Below, in pieces: positions 11,529 to 22,329 of a DNA stretch of 64,000 bases. Source of the DNA: Mobula hypostoma (Eukaryota). A program made the position numbers and the translations under genes. Each line of letters begins with the position of its first letter. The first letter of the stretch is position 1. The stretch is taken from assembly GCF_963921235.1 (NCBI RefSeq), contig NC_086097.1, positions 240,872,001-240,936,000 of the forward strand. The letters run 5' to 3'. The notes under the pieces were generated by a model. It was not told the origin of the DNA, did no database searches, and saw nothing but the letters and a program-made list of their open reading frames with translations.

Positions 11529-12002
11529 CAGACATCCCACCCTGCAAAAACTCATTTCAGGAAGGTAGCACCATCAATTTGCGAGAGACTCCCGGAACTT
11601 CTGGGAGAGGTGGGATGTCTGCAATAGAGTAGCTCCTTAGCAGCTAGCCAGCTAATTAAAATAACATTAGCTACGCTAATGAACAAATGATACCTGTTAA
11701 ACTCACCTCAACATGTCTTTTACAGTCTTAACCCACCATAGGCAATAGAAAAGTCACTGTTGCAAACAGTGCAGCGAGCAACAGTCATTATTATTTACCC
11801 CTATTAGGCAGGGGTACACTTTAGTGTAGTCTGGGGTGACGTACGTTTTATATTTTCTTTCTTTAGGAACATTCTGCCATCTCTCTCTCTCGCTGTCAAA
11901 AAAAATCAATTTCCGGTATATTGTATATAATTTGCAGGCATTAGGGAGCCACTATCAATAGGCACAAGTCTCCTGGAACTTCCGGGAGAGGTGGGATGTC
12001 AG
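11529..12002. mobile_element. Non-autonomous TIR element, superfamily unassigned
   Basis: CAGACATCCCACC ... GGTGGGATGTCAG, with an extra internal right end at 11609-11621. Confidence 0.7.
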
Positions 12003-12609
12003 CAATCTTCTGACAATGATCCAGGCATAGGTTCAGCCTAGACTAGAGGGGCAAAGGGCCTGATTCTTTCCTGTAGTGCTCTGTGACTCAATAAGACCCA
12101 AGCTATCAATCTATTTCGAATCCTGACCAGAGTTCTAGGTACTGCTGTCATCTTTGTCTTCACAAATGGGAGAGGCCTTCCTTTCTCTGATTTATGCCAT
12201 CTGTGTTGAGCTTTCCCATGAGGCCATGCTACTGGTACCAGTGGGCAGATGCCCAGGTGGATGCAGCCCTGCCACCTCCATTCTTGCACGTGCATCATCG
12301 GGAAAAATGTTGCATCATTCTAGGCCCCGCAGTAAAATAATGCAGACACGAAATTTGCCTGTAACGATTCTATATCAGCCATTTGGATGAGAATGTACAA
12401 GGTATGGTTAGTAGGTTTACTGTGCAGCAATGTTCCCTCTAATTTTTTTTACAACTGTGTGGACCAACCAATGCTCTGAACAGGAATTTTTTTTTAAAAC
12501 GGCCACAAAACTGCGACACTTTAAATGACAGAAAATTCCAGCTGTACGGCAACAGAAGTTATGTGCACAGAAGCATTTCAGTTACTGCGTAGCCACACAC
12601 TTGTGCCAA

Positions 12610-12930
12610 TTTTTCCTTACGGTTAGACCCCCCTTCTCTATTCCCCACTCCGGCCTCTTACGTCTTCTCACCTGCCTGTTACTTCCTGCTGGCTCCCCAC
12701 TTCCTTCCTTTTTTCCTATGGTCCACTCTCCTCTCAGATTCCTTCCTCCCTAGCTTCCTAAATTCACACATCACCTTCTAGCTATACTCCTTCCCTCACA
12801 TTTTTTTTTATTCTGGCACCTTTCCCACCTCCTTCCCAGTCCTGTTGTTTCGGGCCGAGGCCTTTCATCGACTATATGTATTTGTTTCCTTAGATGTTGC
12901 CTGACCTTTGAGTTCCTCTAGCACTTTGTG
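12610..12930 (+). mobile_element. Penelope-like element 3' UTR fragment
   Basis: Pyrimidine-rich UTR and tail AGATGTTGCCTGACC..GAGTTCCTC shared with other PLE tails in the window. Confidence 0.65.
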
Positions 12931-13426
12931 TTTTCATCTCTATAGGCGGGTAATGAATTTCTAAACAGAAGAATTTTCTAGGGTTCTGGGTGGAGGGAAA
13001 ATTAAGAGGTTGATCAGTTATAGAAAGGCAAACCAGACTCAAAGGGTCGAAAACGGATTTCTCTTGTTATTGTACTTAGAGACACAGTACAAAACAGGCC
13101 CTTGTGGCCAATGAGATGCACAGCCCAGCAACTCACCTATTCAACCCCAGCCTAAAGTTTTAGGGAGAAGGGAGAATGGAACAAAAGTATTAAGATATAA
13201 TTTGACTTGAAAATATATATTTCTAAAACAATTAAATGCTACTGAGAGGAATAGAGCTGTGCGTGTTATTTGAATGGGTTTACTGAAGTGAATGTCACTG
13301 CTACTTTTTCATAATTACAATAAATTATTATTTTTTTATTTACTCAGAGACAAAGCGAGAAATAGGCCTCACACATAAAAGTTGCTCGTGGACGCAGCAG
13401 GCCAGGCAGCATCTCTAGGAAGAGGT

Positions 13427-13465
13427 ACAGTTGACGTTTCGGGCCGAGACCCTTCGTCAGGACTA
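13427..13465 (-). ncRNA. Minimal type I hammerhead ribozyme motif (antisense arm)
   Basis: Reverse complement reads TTAGTC-CTGACGA-A-GGGTCTCGGCCC-GAAA-C-GTC-AACTG (one mismatch at the base of helix I). Confidence 0.7.
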
Positions 13466-13715
13466 ACTGAAAGAAGAATCAACTGTCCAGCTCTTGGCTC
13501 CATCCCTCCCCCTCCTGTCTTCTCCTATCATTTCAGATCTCCCCCTCCCCCTCTCAAATCTCTTACTAGCTCTTCTTTCAGTTAGTCCTGACGAAGGGTC
13601 TCGGCCCGAACATGGAACTCACTGAGGTGTGGGCGAAGGGGGACAAAGGTGAGGCCCTTACTGAGAACAGAGCGTTCTGCCTCCGACAGTTGAAGGTCGG
13701 AGGGGATGGTAAAGA

Positions 13716-15829
13716 CCCTTCGCCCACACCTCAGTGAGTTCCGTGTTCGCCATGATGCGGAACTTTTCTTCCGCCGTCTCTGTCTCCGAGCCTACTTCTT
13801 CGGCAAGGACTCTTCCACCCCCACCGATGACCCCTTCTCCCGTCTTCAACCCTCCTCTTCTTCATGGACACCCCGCTCTGGTCTTCTGCCTGCTCTGGAT
13901 CTCTTTATTGCCAACTGCCGACGGGACATCAACCGTCTCGACTTCACCGCACCTTGTCCCCATTCCAACCTCACTCCTTCGGAACGCTCTGCTCTCCACT
14001 CCCTCCGCACTAATCCTAACCTTATTATTAAACCCGCTGATAAGGGGGGTGCTGTTGTAGTCTGGCGTACTGACCTCTACCTTACCGAGGCACAGCGACA
14101 ACTCGCGGATACCTCCTCTTATTTACCCCTCGATCGTGACCCCACTAAGGAGCACCAGGCCATTGTCTCCCACACTATCAACGACTTTATCCGCTCAGGG
14201 GATCTCCCATCCACTGCTACCAACCTTATAGTTCCCACACCCCGCACTTCCCGTTTCTACCTCCTACCCAAGATCCACAAACCTGCCTGTCCTGGCCGAC
14301 CTATTGTCTCAGCTTGCTCCTGCCCCACCGAACTCGTTTCTGCATACCTTGACACTGTTTTATCACCCCTTGTTCAATCCCTTCCGACCTATGTTCGTGA
14401 CACTTCTCACGCTCTTAAACTTTTCGATGATTTTAAGTTCCCTGGCCCTCACCGCTTTATTTTCACCATGGATGTCCAGTCCTTATATACTTCCATCCCC
14501 ATCAGGAAGGTCTCAAAGCTCTACGCTTCTTTTTGGATTCCAGACCTAATCAGTTCCCCTCTACCACCACTCTGCTCCGTCTAGCGGAATTAGTCCTTAC
14601 TCTTAATAATTTCTCCTTTTGCTCCTCCCATTTCCTCCAAACTAGAGGTGTAGCTATGGGCACCCGTATGGGTCCTAGCTATGCCTGCCTTTTTGTTGGG
14701 TTTGTGGAACAATCTATGTTCCGTGCCTATTCTGGTATCTGTCCCCCACTTTTCCTTCGCTACATCGACGACTGCATTGGCGCTGCTTCCTGCACGCATG
14801 CAGAACTCGTTGACTTTATTAACTTTGCCTCCAACTTTCACCCTGCCCTCAAGTTTACCTGGTCCATTTCCGACACCTCCCTCCCCTTTCTAGATCTTTC
14901 TGTCTCTATCTCTGGAGACAGCTTATCCATTGATGTCTACTATAAGCCTACTGACTCTCACAGCTATCTGGACTATTCCTCTTCTCACCCTGTCTCTTGC
15001 AAAAACGCCATCCCCTTCTCGCAATTCCTCCGTCTCCGCCGCATCTGCTCTCAGGATGAGGCTTTTCATTCTAGGACGAGGGAGATATCTTCATTCTTTA
15101 AAGAAAGGGGCTTCCCTTCCTCCACTATCAACTCTGCTCTTAAACGCATCTCCCCCATTTCACGTACATCTGCTCTCGCTCCATCCTCCCACCACCCCAC
15201 TAGGAATAGGGTTCCCCTGGTCCTCACCTACCACCCCACCAGCCTCCGGGTCCAACATATTATTCTCCGTAACTTCCGCCACCTCCAACGGGATCCCACC
15301 ACTAAGCACATCTTTCCCTCCCCCCCCTCTCTCTGCATTCCGCAGGGATCGCTCCCTACACAACTCCCTTGTCCATTTGTCGCCTCCATCCCTCCCTACT
15401 GATCTCCCTCCTGGCACTTATCCGTGTAAGCGGAACAAGTGCTACACATGCCCTTACACTTCCTCCCTTACCACCATTCAGGGCCCCAAACAGTCCTTCC
15501 AGCTGAGGCATCACTTCACCTGTGAGTCGACTGGGGTGATATACTGCGTCCGGTGCTCCCGATGTGGCCTTCTATATATTGGTGAGACCCGACGCAGACT
15601 GGGAGACCGCTTTGCTGAACATCTACGCTCTGTCCGCCAGAGAAAGCAGGATCTCCCAGTGGCCACGCATTTTAATTCCACATCCCATTCCTATTCTGAC
15701 ATGTCTATCTACGGCCTCCTCTACTGTAAAGATGAAGCTACACTCAGGTTGGAGGAACAACACCTTATATTCCGTCTGGGTAGCCTCCAACCTGATGGCA
15801 TGAACATTGACTTCTCTAACTTCCGCTAA
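13716..15829 (+). pseudogene. PLE reverse transcriptase-GIY-YIG endonuclease ORF with two homopolymer frameshifts
   Basis: KPADKGGAVVVW, LPKIHK..PGRPIVS, DVQSLYTSIP, GVAMGTRMGPSYA, LRYIDD, PFLD, linker PCKRNKCYTC, GVIYCVRCSRCGLLYIGET..R..EH. Frameshifts at C-runs ~14497-14500 (-1) and 15320-15327 (+1); TAA at 15827-15829. Confidence 0.93.
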
Positions 15830-16120
15830 GGCCCCACCTCCCCCTCGTACCCCATCTGTTACTCATTTTTATGCACACATTCTTTCTCTCACTCTCCTTT
15901 TTCTCCCTCTGTCCCTCTGAATATACCTCTTGCCTATCCTCTGGGTCACCCCCCCCCGTCTTTCTTCCCGGACCTCCTGTCCCATGATCCTCTCGTATCC
16001 CCTTTTGCCTATCACCTGTCCAGCTTTCGGCTCTATCCCTCCCCCTCCTGTCTTCTCCTATCATTTTGCATCTCCCCCTCCCCCTCCAGCTTTCAAATCC
16101 CTTACTCACTCTTCCTTCAG

Positions 16121-16159
16121 TTAGTCCTGACGAAGGGTCTCGGCCTGAAACGTCGACTG
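16121..16159 (+). ncRNA. Minimal type I hammerhead ribozyme motif; predicted cleavage after 16154
   Basis: TAGTC/GACTG helix I, CTGACGA core 16127-16133, helix II 16134-16146, GAAA 16147-16150, loopless palindromic ACGT helix III, GTC triplet. Confidence 0.8.
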
Positions 16160-17246
16160 CGCCTCTTCCTATAGATGCTGCTTGGCCTGCTGCGTTCACC
16201 AGCAACTTTGATGTATGTTCCTTACAGAGAATGTCGGAATTGAACTCTGACACCCCGAGCTGTAACAGCATCGTGCCAACCACAATGCTACTGTTCCAAT
16301 GGTCTCTGCGTGTTTCTCCATGCGTCTGTGGTAGCACGTTCCACAATCGGCAGACTCACTTTCAAAGTCTCTACAACACATGCTCTTAGCATTATTATTT
16401 CTTTTTTATTTGCACAATTATTCATTTGCACATTGATTGTTTGTCAGTCTTTGTGTATAGTTTTTCATAAATTTTAACACACTTTTTCAAGAAAAACTTG
16501 GACAGGTACATGGATGAGAGGTGTATGGAGGGATATGGTCCAGGTGCAGGTCAGTGGGACCAGGCAGAAAAATGGTTCAGCACAGCCAAGAAGGGCCAGA
16601 AGGCCTGTTTCTGTGCTGTAATGTTCTATGGTTCTTTCTTTTCCTGTAAGTGCCTGGAAGAAAATGAACCCCAGGGTAGTATATAGTGACATACATGTAC
16701 TTCGATAACTTTACTTTGAACTTTGACATCAGATAAGTAGAACTGGGATTGGAACATTAAAGTCACATGGACAAAGATACATAGTTAGGGGGGAGGGGAA
16801 GACTCTAGGACCAGAGAGCACAGCCTAGAACACATTGATGTACCTTTAGAACAAATACAAGGAAGAATTTCTTTAGCCAGCTGGAGGTGAATGGGTGAAA
16901 TTTAATGCCACAGACAGCTGTGGAGACCATTAGGTATATTTAAGGTGGAGATTTACATGTTATAGACGAGTAAAGATGTCAAAGGCTACAGGGAGAAAGC
17001 AGGAGAATGGGGTCAAGAGGGAATATAAATCAGCCATGATGGAATGGCGGAGCAAACTCGAGGGACTGATTGGCCTAATTCTGCTCCTATGTCTTATAGC
17101 TTTATACCGGGGTGCACCAACCCCTCTGCCAATGGTAGGGTTCCACTGCATAATAGGTAGAGAACCCCTGCTTTATAGAGTGAAAAGCCTGCTTTTTGCA
17201 CACTGTTCAAACAGATCAAATAATTACACAATGCATTGAGGTAAAA

Positions 17247-17560
17247 AGAAAAGGCATCTGTTAGTCTTGCAAGACCATGGACCTGCACCTGGAAAGTCTT
17301 CACTCTCCAGGGCGCAGGCCTGGACAAGGTTGTATGGAAGACCAGCAGTTGCCCATGCTGCAAGTCTCCCCTCTCCACGACACCAATGTTGTCCAAGGGA
17401 AGGGCATTAGGACCCATACAGCTTGGCACCGGTGCCTTTGCAGAGCAATGTGTGATTAAGTGTCTTACTCAAGGACACAACATGTTCCCTCAACTGGGGC
17501 TCGAACTCACGACCTTCAGGTAGCTAGTCCAATGCCTTAACCACTTGGCCTCGTGCCCAC
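17247..17560 (-). mobile_element. tRNA-derived CORE-SINE with RTE-like tail
   Basis: A box GGCCAAGTGG, B box GAGTTCGAGCC, CORE-like TGTGTCCTTGAG. TSD TGAGGTA(A/G)AA at 17237-17246 / 17561-17570. Confidence 0.8.
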
Positions 17561-18369
17561 TGAGGTAGAACAAGGTAAAACAGTAACAGAATGTGGAATA
17601 AAAGCCAACAGGTGCAGAGAAAGAGCTGTGCAGGTGAACGATAAAGGAAAATATCATAACAAGGTAGATTGTGAAGTCGAGCTCATCTTGTTGTACTAGG
17701 GAGGCATTTAATAGTCTTATAATAGCGGGCCCAGAGTCAGTGCAGGTGATCCATAATTCTAAAAGTCACCCCACCTAGCAAACTGATTCATGGCTCTCAA
17801 AACAGTAGTGTCCAACCCGAGCCCGAGGTGAAGGTGTGGTTACCAGCTACACAGTTGCAAACCATTACTTCAAAACAAGTACTTGTTACTGCTAACAACA
17901 ACGGTGGAATACACCCATCACACAAACTGGTTGCCTACTTGGGACTTTCTAAACATCCTAAAACATGACAGAAATGTGGAAATACTCAAGATTAGAAAAC
18001 AAAAAAAAAAGTCCACCCATCCCGCCAGCACCGTTGAATCTCACAAAAAGTCCTTTATCATTTGCTCGCTTGTCCTTCCTCAAAAATTCCCTCCCCCACC
18101 CACTGTTGTGCTAGTCTAGGTCTTTGTAGCAAAATCATTCTTATGTGCTTCTTTCTGGACTTTGGACCATCTTCCCCTCATGGAGTTTGGCCTCCAGTGG
18201 TATAGAGAAGCACCAAGTGTTCTATTCTTTCTTGTTGGCACCAAATGGCAGGTATCCTTGGTATCTTCCTGGGATCACAATTTGATTCTTCAGCTGTGCA
18301 GATCTGTAGTTTGTACAGACCTATCACTACCTCTTGGGATCTGTGCACTTTTTCCTCAAACAACAGGCC

Positions 18370-18809
18370 CTTCACTGGCCTTAATGCAATTGAACATCAC
18401 TTGCAAGACCTCGCCATTGCTGTCCACCACCGCTCTCCAACTAACCTGGCACAGCTTGAGCAGTTTTGCACAGAAGAGTGGGCAAACTTTGCTCCATCAC
18501 GTTGTGCAAAACTAACAGACACTTATCCAAAAAGATTACTGGCTGTGATAGCCGAGAGTGGTGGTTCAACTAAGTACTGAGCAAAATGGGATGAATATTT
18601 TTGAACGGCTGACAATTCAGTTTTTGATTGTTTAGTTTTTCCACGCTTTACAATTTTCCCTGTTTTTCTTCCTTGGGCTCTACCACGATTCAGAAGCATG
18701 TCATTCATAAATTTAAAACTCTCAGTTAAATTGATCAAAATCTCTGGTTGGAATACTCATTTATTGTGAACAAAGAGGTGGAAGCTGAAGACTTCTACAA
18801 GCCAATGTA
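18370..18809 (+). mobile_element. Tc1 transposon 3' fragment
   Basis: Encodes PTNLAQLEQFCTEEWA...YPKRLLAVIAESGGSTKY*, then a right-end region finishing in TA. Confidence 0.8.
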
Positions 18810-18966
18810 TGTGTGTGTATTTTATTGATATAGATTGCCAAATTAATCGCTATCATCAGTGAATAAATTGTAACCTCTATCAGCTTTGCCTTGCTTCCGT
18901 AACCAAGGCAGAAATAGAAAAGTAGTAATAAATTCAGTTCAAAGTAAAATTATCAAAGTATATGTA

Positions 18967-19365
18967 CACTCAGAGGCCACTGTATTAGGTTCACCTGCTT
19001 GTAAATGCAAATATCTAATCAGCCAATCAGTGGCAGCAACTCAATGCACAAAAGCATGCAGACATGGTCGCAGTTCAGTTGTTGTTCAGACCAAACATCA
19101 GAATGGGGATGAAATGTGATCGAAGTGACTTGGACCGTGGAATGTTTGTTGGTGCCAGACAGGGTGGCTTGAGTATCTCAGAAACTGATTTCCTGAGATT
19201 TTCACACACAACAGTCTCTAGTGTTTACTGAGAATGATGTGATAAACAAAAATAATCAAGCGGTAGTTCTGTGGGCGAAAACATTATGTTAATGAGAGAG
19301 GCGTCAGTGCAGAATGGCCAGATTGGTTGAAGCTGACAGGAAGGCAACAGTAACTCAACTAACCA
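18967..19365 (+). mobile_element. Non-autonomous Tc1-like element (5' part)
   Basis: TA-CACTCAGAGGCCACTGTATTAGG start, then a Tc1 N-terminal-like segment. Confidence 0.65.
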
Positions 19366-21186
19366 CGGGGAGGTGAGGAGGGTGTAAAATATATATTCCT
19401 TACCGTAGTTTATAGGGTATTTTATGTATTGCAATGTACTGCTGACATAAAGCCACAAGCTTCATGACAGACATCAGAGATAATAACCTGATTGATTTGA
19501 TACTGATTCTGATTTTATTTACAGCTGGCAAGCAATCATTTTCAGCAGATGCCCATCAAGACTTCTTGTAGCCCCAAGATGTTCTGTTTACGTCCCATGA
19601 TTTCTTTCCCTTCCTACCTCATTACCTGGCCTTCGCTCGCTTTCAATACCATTAGCCGCTCATTTATATCTTCATAACCCCTATACTTCAAGCGAGTGCT
19701 GTCTAAAAATTAAGACAAAATACATCTTCAACACCTTGGAGATGTCCACGTTACAGCAGAGTTGCTGCTGGATGTCTTAGCATCTCTGGGCCTGACCGAC
19801 TTCCACGGTAAATGGTCAGGCTCTACGGAGTATTACAGAACAGACAGACTTGGAAGTGCAAAGCACATAGTTCTCTCAAAGTGGAATCACAGGTAGACAG
19901 AATGCTGAAAAATCTTTTCAGCACTCTGGCATTCATCAAACTGAGTACTGTATAGAGGCTTTTACGGGAAGAAAAATTATTAATGTTTAAGGTTTTGACT
20001 TGGAACATGAGCTGTTTCTCTTTCTGGCGATGCTGCCTGACCTGTAGGGTTATTTCCCCCTCAGCAATTTCTCTTATTACTTCATTTTTTAAAAATTTAA
20101 CTTGGAATACATTTACTTACTTCCTTCTAGTGAAAACTCTCAGATACTGCATCATTAAATACACATCTCCAACTTCATCCACAACTGCCTTTTATAATCC
20201 AGCGGGTTCCGTGTTTGCGTGTGGTCTGGTGAATATACATTGAAATCCAGAATGGAATTAATTGCTGAATCTCATATCCAAGGGAATTAACTGACACCTA
20301 GGCATTGCAATTACTTACCCAAGCAATCAGAAATCCCATTGGAAGGCAAAGCACTATTGAGTTACATTTGCTAAACAACATGGTTTAGAAAATCAGTCTT
20401 GTGCCTGTTTATGTGCACTGTGCAAATGAAATCGAGCGTGAAAGCAGTCAAGACGTGCGATTGGCACTTCCAAGTGTGCATACCACAGAGAGAGAACATG
20501 GAATGTGAGTGATGCATCTATGCATGGAATGGACATCTGTAATGTCAATGCAGTTACTGCAACAATGAATCACCCAGTGATTTGGAAATCCTCAGAACCT
20601 TGATGAGGAAAGCAGGTGTTACCTCTCAACTTAAAGTTACTGATGTAAAATTAGTTAATTACAATTACCTTAGTTATGATGCTGTTGGGGCATAAACCAT
20701 CAAAATCAAAAGCATCACCACTACAATCAGGCCTTAGGTGCCACACCACCAGGTTCAGGAACAGTTATCACTTCTCAACCATCAGACTCTTGAACCGACA
20801 TGGATAACTTCACTCACCACAACTATGAAATGACTCCACAATCTACAAATGAACTTTTTAAGAACTCTACAACTGATTGTTCCCAATATTATTTATTGTT
20901 TAATTTGCACAGCTTGTCTCCTTTTGCACAACGGTTGTTTGTCTGTCTTGCTGTACAGTTTTTCATAAATTCTACTGTATTTCTTCATTTTCCTGTACAT
21001 GCCTGCAAGAAAATGAATCTCAAGGAAGTGTATAGCAACACTTATGTGCATTGATAATAAATTAACTTTGACTTTGATTAGGTGTTTGAGATTTGGTAGG
21101 TTGCCAAAGGCTAGAAGATTTCCATGGATGCATGGAGAAGAACATTCTGACAGGTTACATCACCACTTGATATGGATATTCTAATG

Positions 21187-21951
21187 CAGCGGTCCCCAAC
21201 TACCGGGCCACAAAGCACGTGCTACCAGGCCGTAAGGAAATGATATGAGTTAGCTGCACCTTTCCTCATTCCCTCTCATGCACCATTGAACTTGAACATA
21301 GGGTTACCAACTGTCCCATCTTTGCCGGGACATCCCGTATATTGGGCTAAATTGGTTTGTCCCATATTTCCCCCGCTAAGGTAGAGCGTTCCTATGAAAC
21401 CTTTCGTGCTGAAATGGCGTGAAGCGAAGAAGCAATTACCATTAATTTATATGGGAAAAATTTTTTGAGCGTCCCCAGACTCAAAAAATAACCTAACAAA
21501 TCATACCAAATAACACATAAAGCCGAAAATAAATAACACTAACATTTTGTAAAAGCAGGAATGATATGATAAATACACAGCCTATATAAAGTAGAAATAA
21601 AGTATGTACAGTATAGTCGGGAAGATGAAGGCAAAACCGATTTGTGGGGGGGAAAAAAGAAAATTGGCACATACGCTCATGCGCACGTCACGCATGCGCA
21701 CGCAGGTGCCCGCGCAAGGCTTCATGGTCATGGTAGTCTTCCCTGGGGTAAACTGTCCCGGAATTTGACTGCTACTTTTGTCCCTTATTTGGGAGTGAGA
21801 AAGTTGGCAACCCTAACTGTAAAAGACATGTTGAGGTGAGTTTAACCCCACTTGAACAACGCCCCCCCCCACCCCACCACGGTCGGCTGGTCCGCAAGAA
21901 TATTGTCAATATTAAACTGGTCCGCGGTGCTAAAAAGGTTGGGGACCCCTG
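21187..21951. mobile_element. Non-autonomous hAT (Charlie-like) element with 8-bp TSD
   Basis: TIR CAGCGGTCCCCAAC / GTTGGGGACCCCTG. TSD TTCTAATG at 21179-21186 and 21952-21959. Confidence 0.9.
21299..21850. mobile_element. Nested hAT (Tip100-like) element
   Basis: TAGGGTTACCAAC ... GTTGGCAACCCTA (21803-21815). CTTGAACA repeat at 21291-21298 and 21851-21858. Confidence 0.75.
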
Positions 21952-22329
21952 TTCTAATGTGCAGAAATGAATGAGACTGCAAGGGGATATAGTCTCTGCC
22001 GTTCCATCCCAGGCACAAACCTCCCCACCATCAAGGAGATCTTCAGATGGTGGTGCCTCAGGAGGATGTGCCCATCATTAAGGACCCTCCATCCCTGACA
22101 TGGTCTCTTCTCATTATGACCATCGGGAAGGTGCTACAAGTGCCTGAGGACCTGCACTCAATGCTTAGGGAACATTTCTTCCCCTCTGGCACCATTTAAG
22201 GGTTCATGAATGGTCCATGAACCCATAAACACTACCTCAATATTAAAATTTCATGCTATTTATTTACTTAATATTATTGTTTCTTATAATTCTTTTCCTT
22301 GCACTGTACTTCTGCCACAGAACAAATTA

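Larger units (their letters stand above)
13371..16218 (+). mobile_element. Penelope-like retroelement (Neptune-type), young, with inverted terminal arms and a partial pseudo-LTR
   Basis: RT + GIY-YIG coding region. 13371-13477 is the reverse complement of 16110-16218, and 13480-13610 is a direct partial copy of the 3' UTR. Confidence 0.93.

Noticed and set aside
13371..16218. DIRS or DNA transposon, suggested by the inverted termini
   Set aside because: The coding region is PLE RT plus GIY-YIG, with no tyrosine recombinase or DDE transposase.
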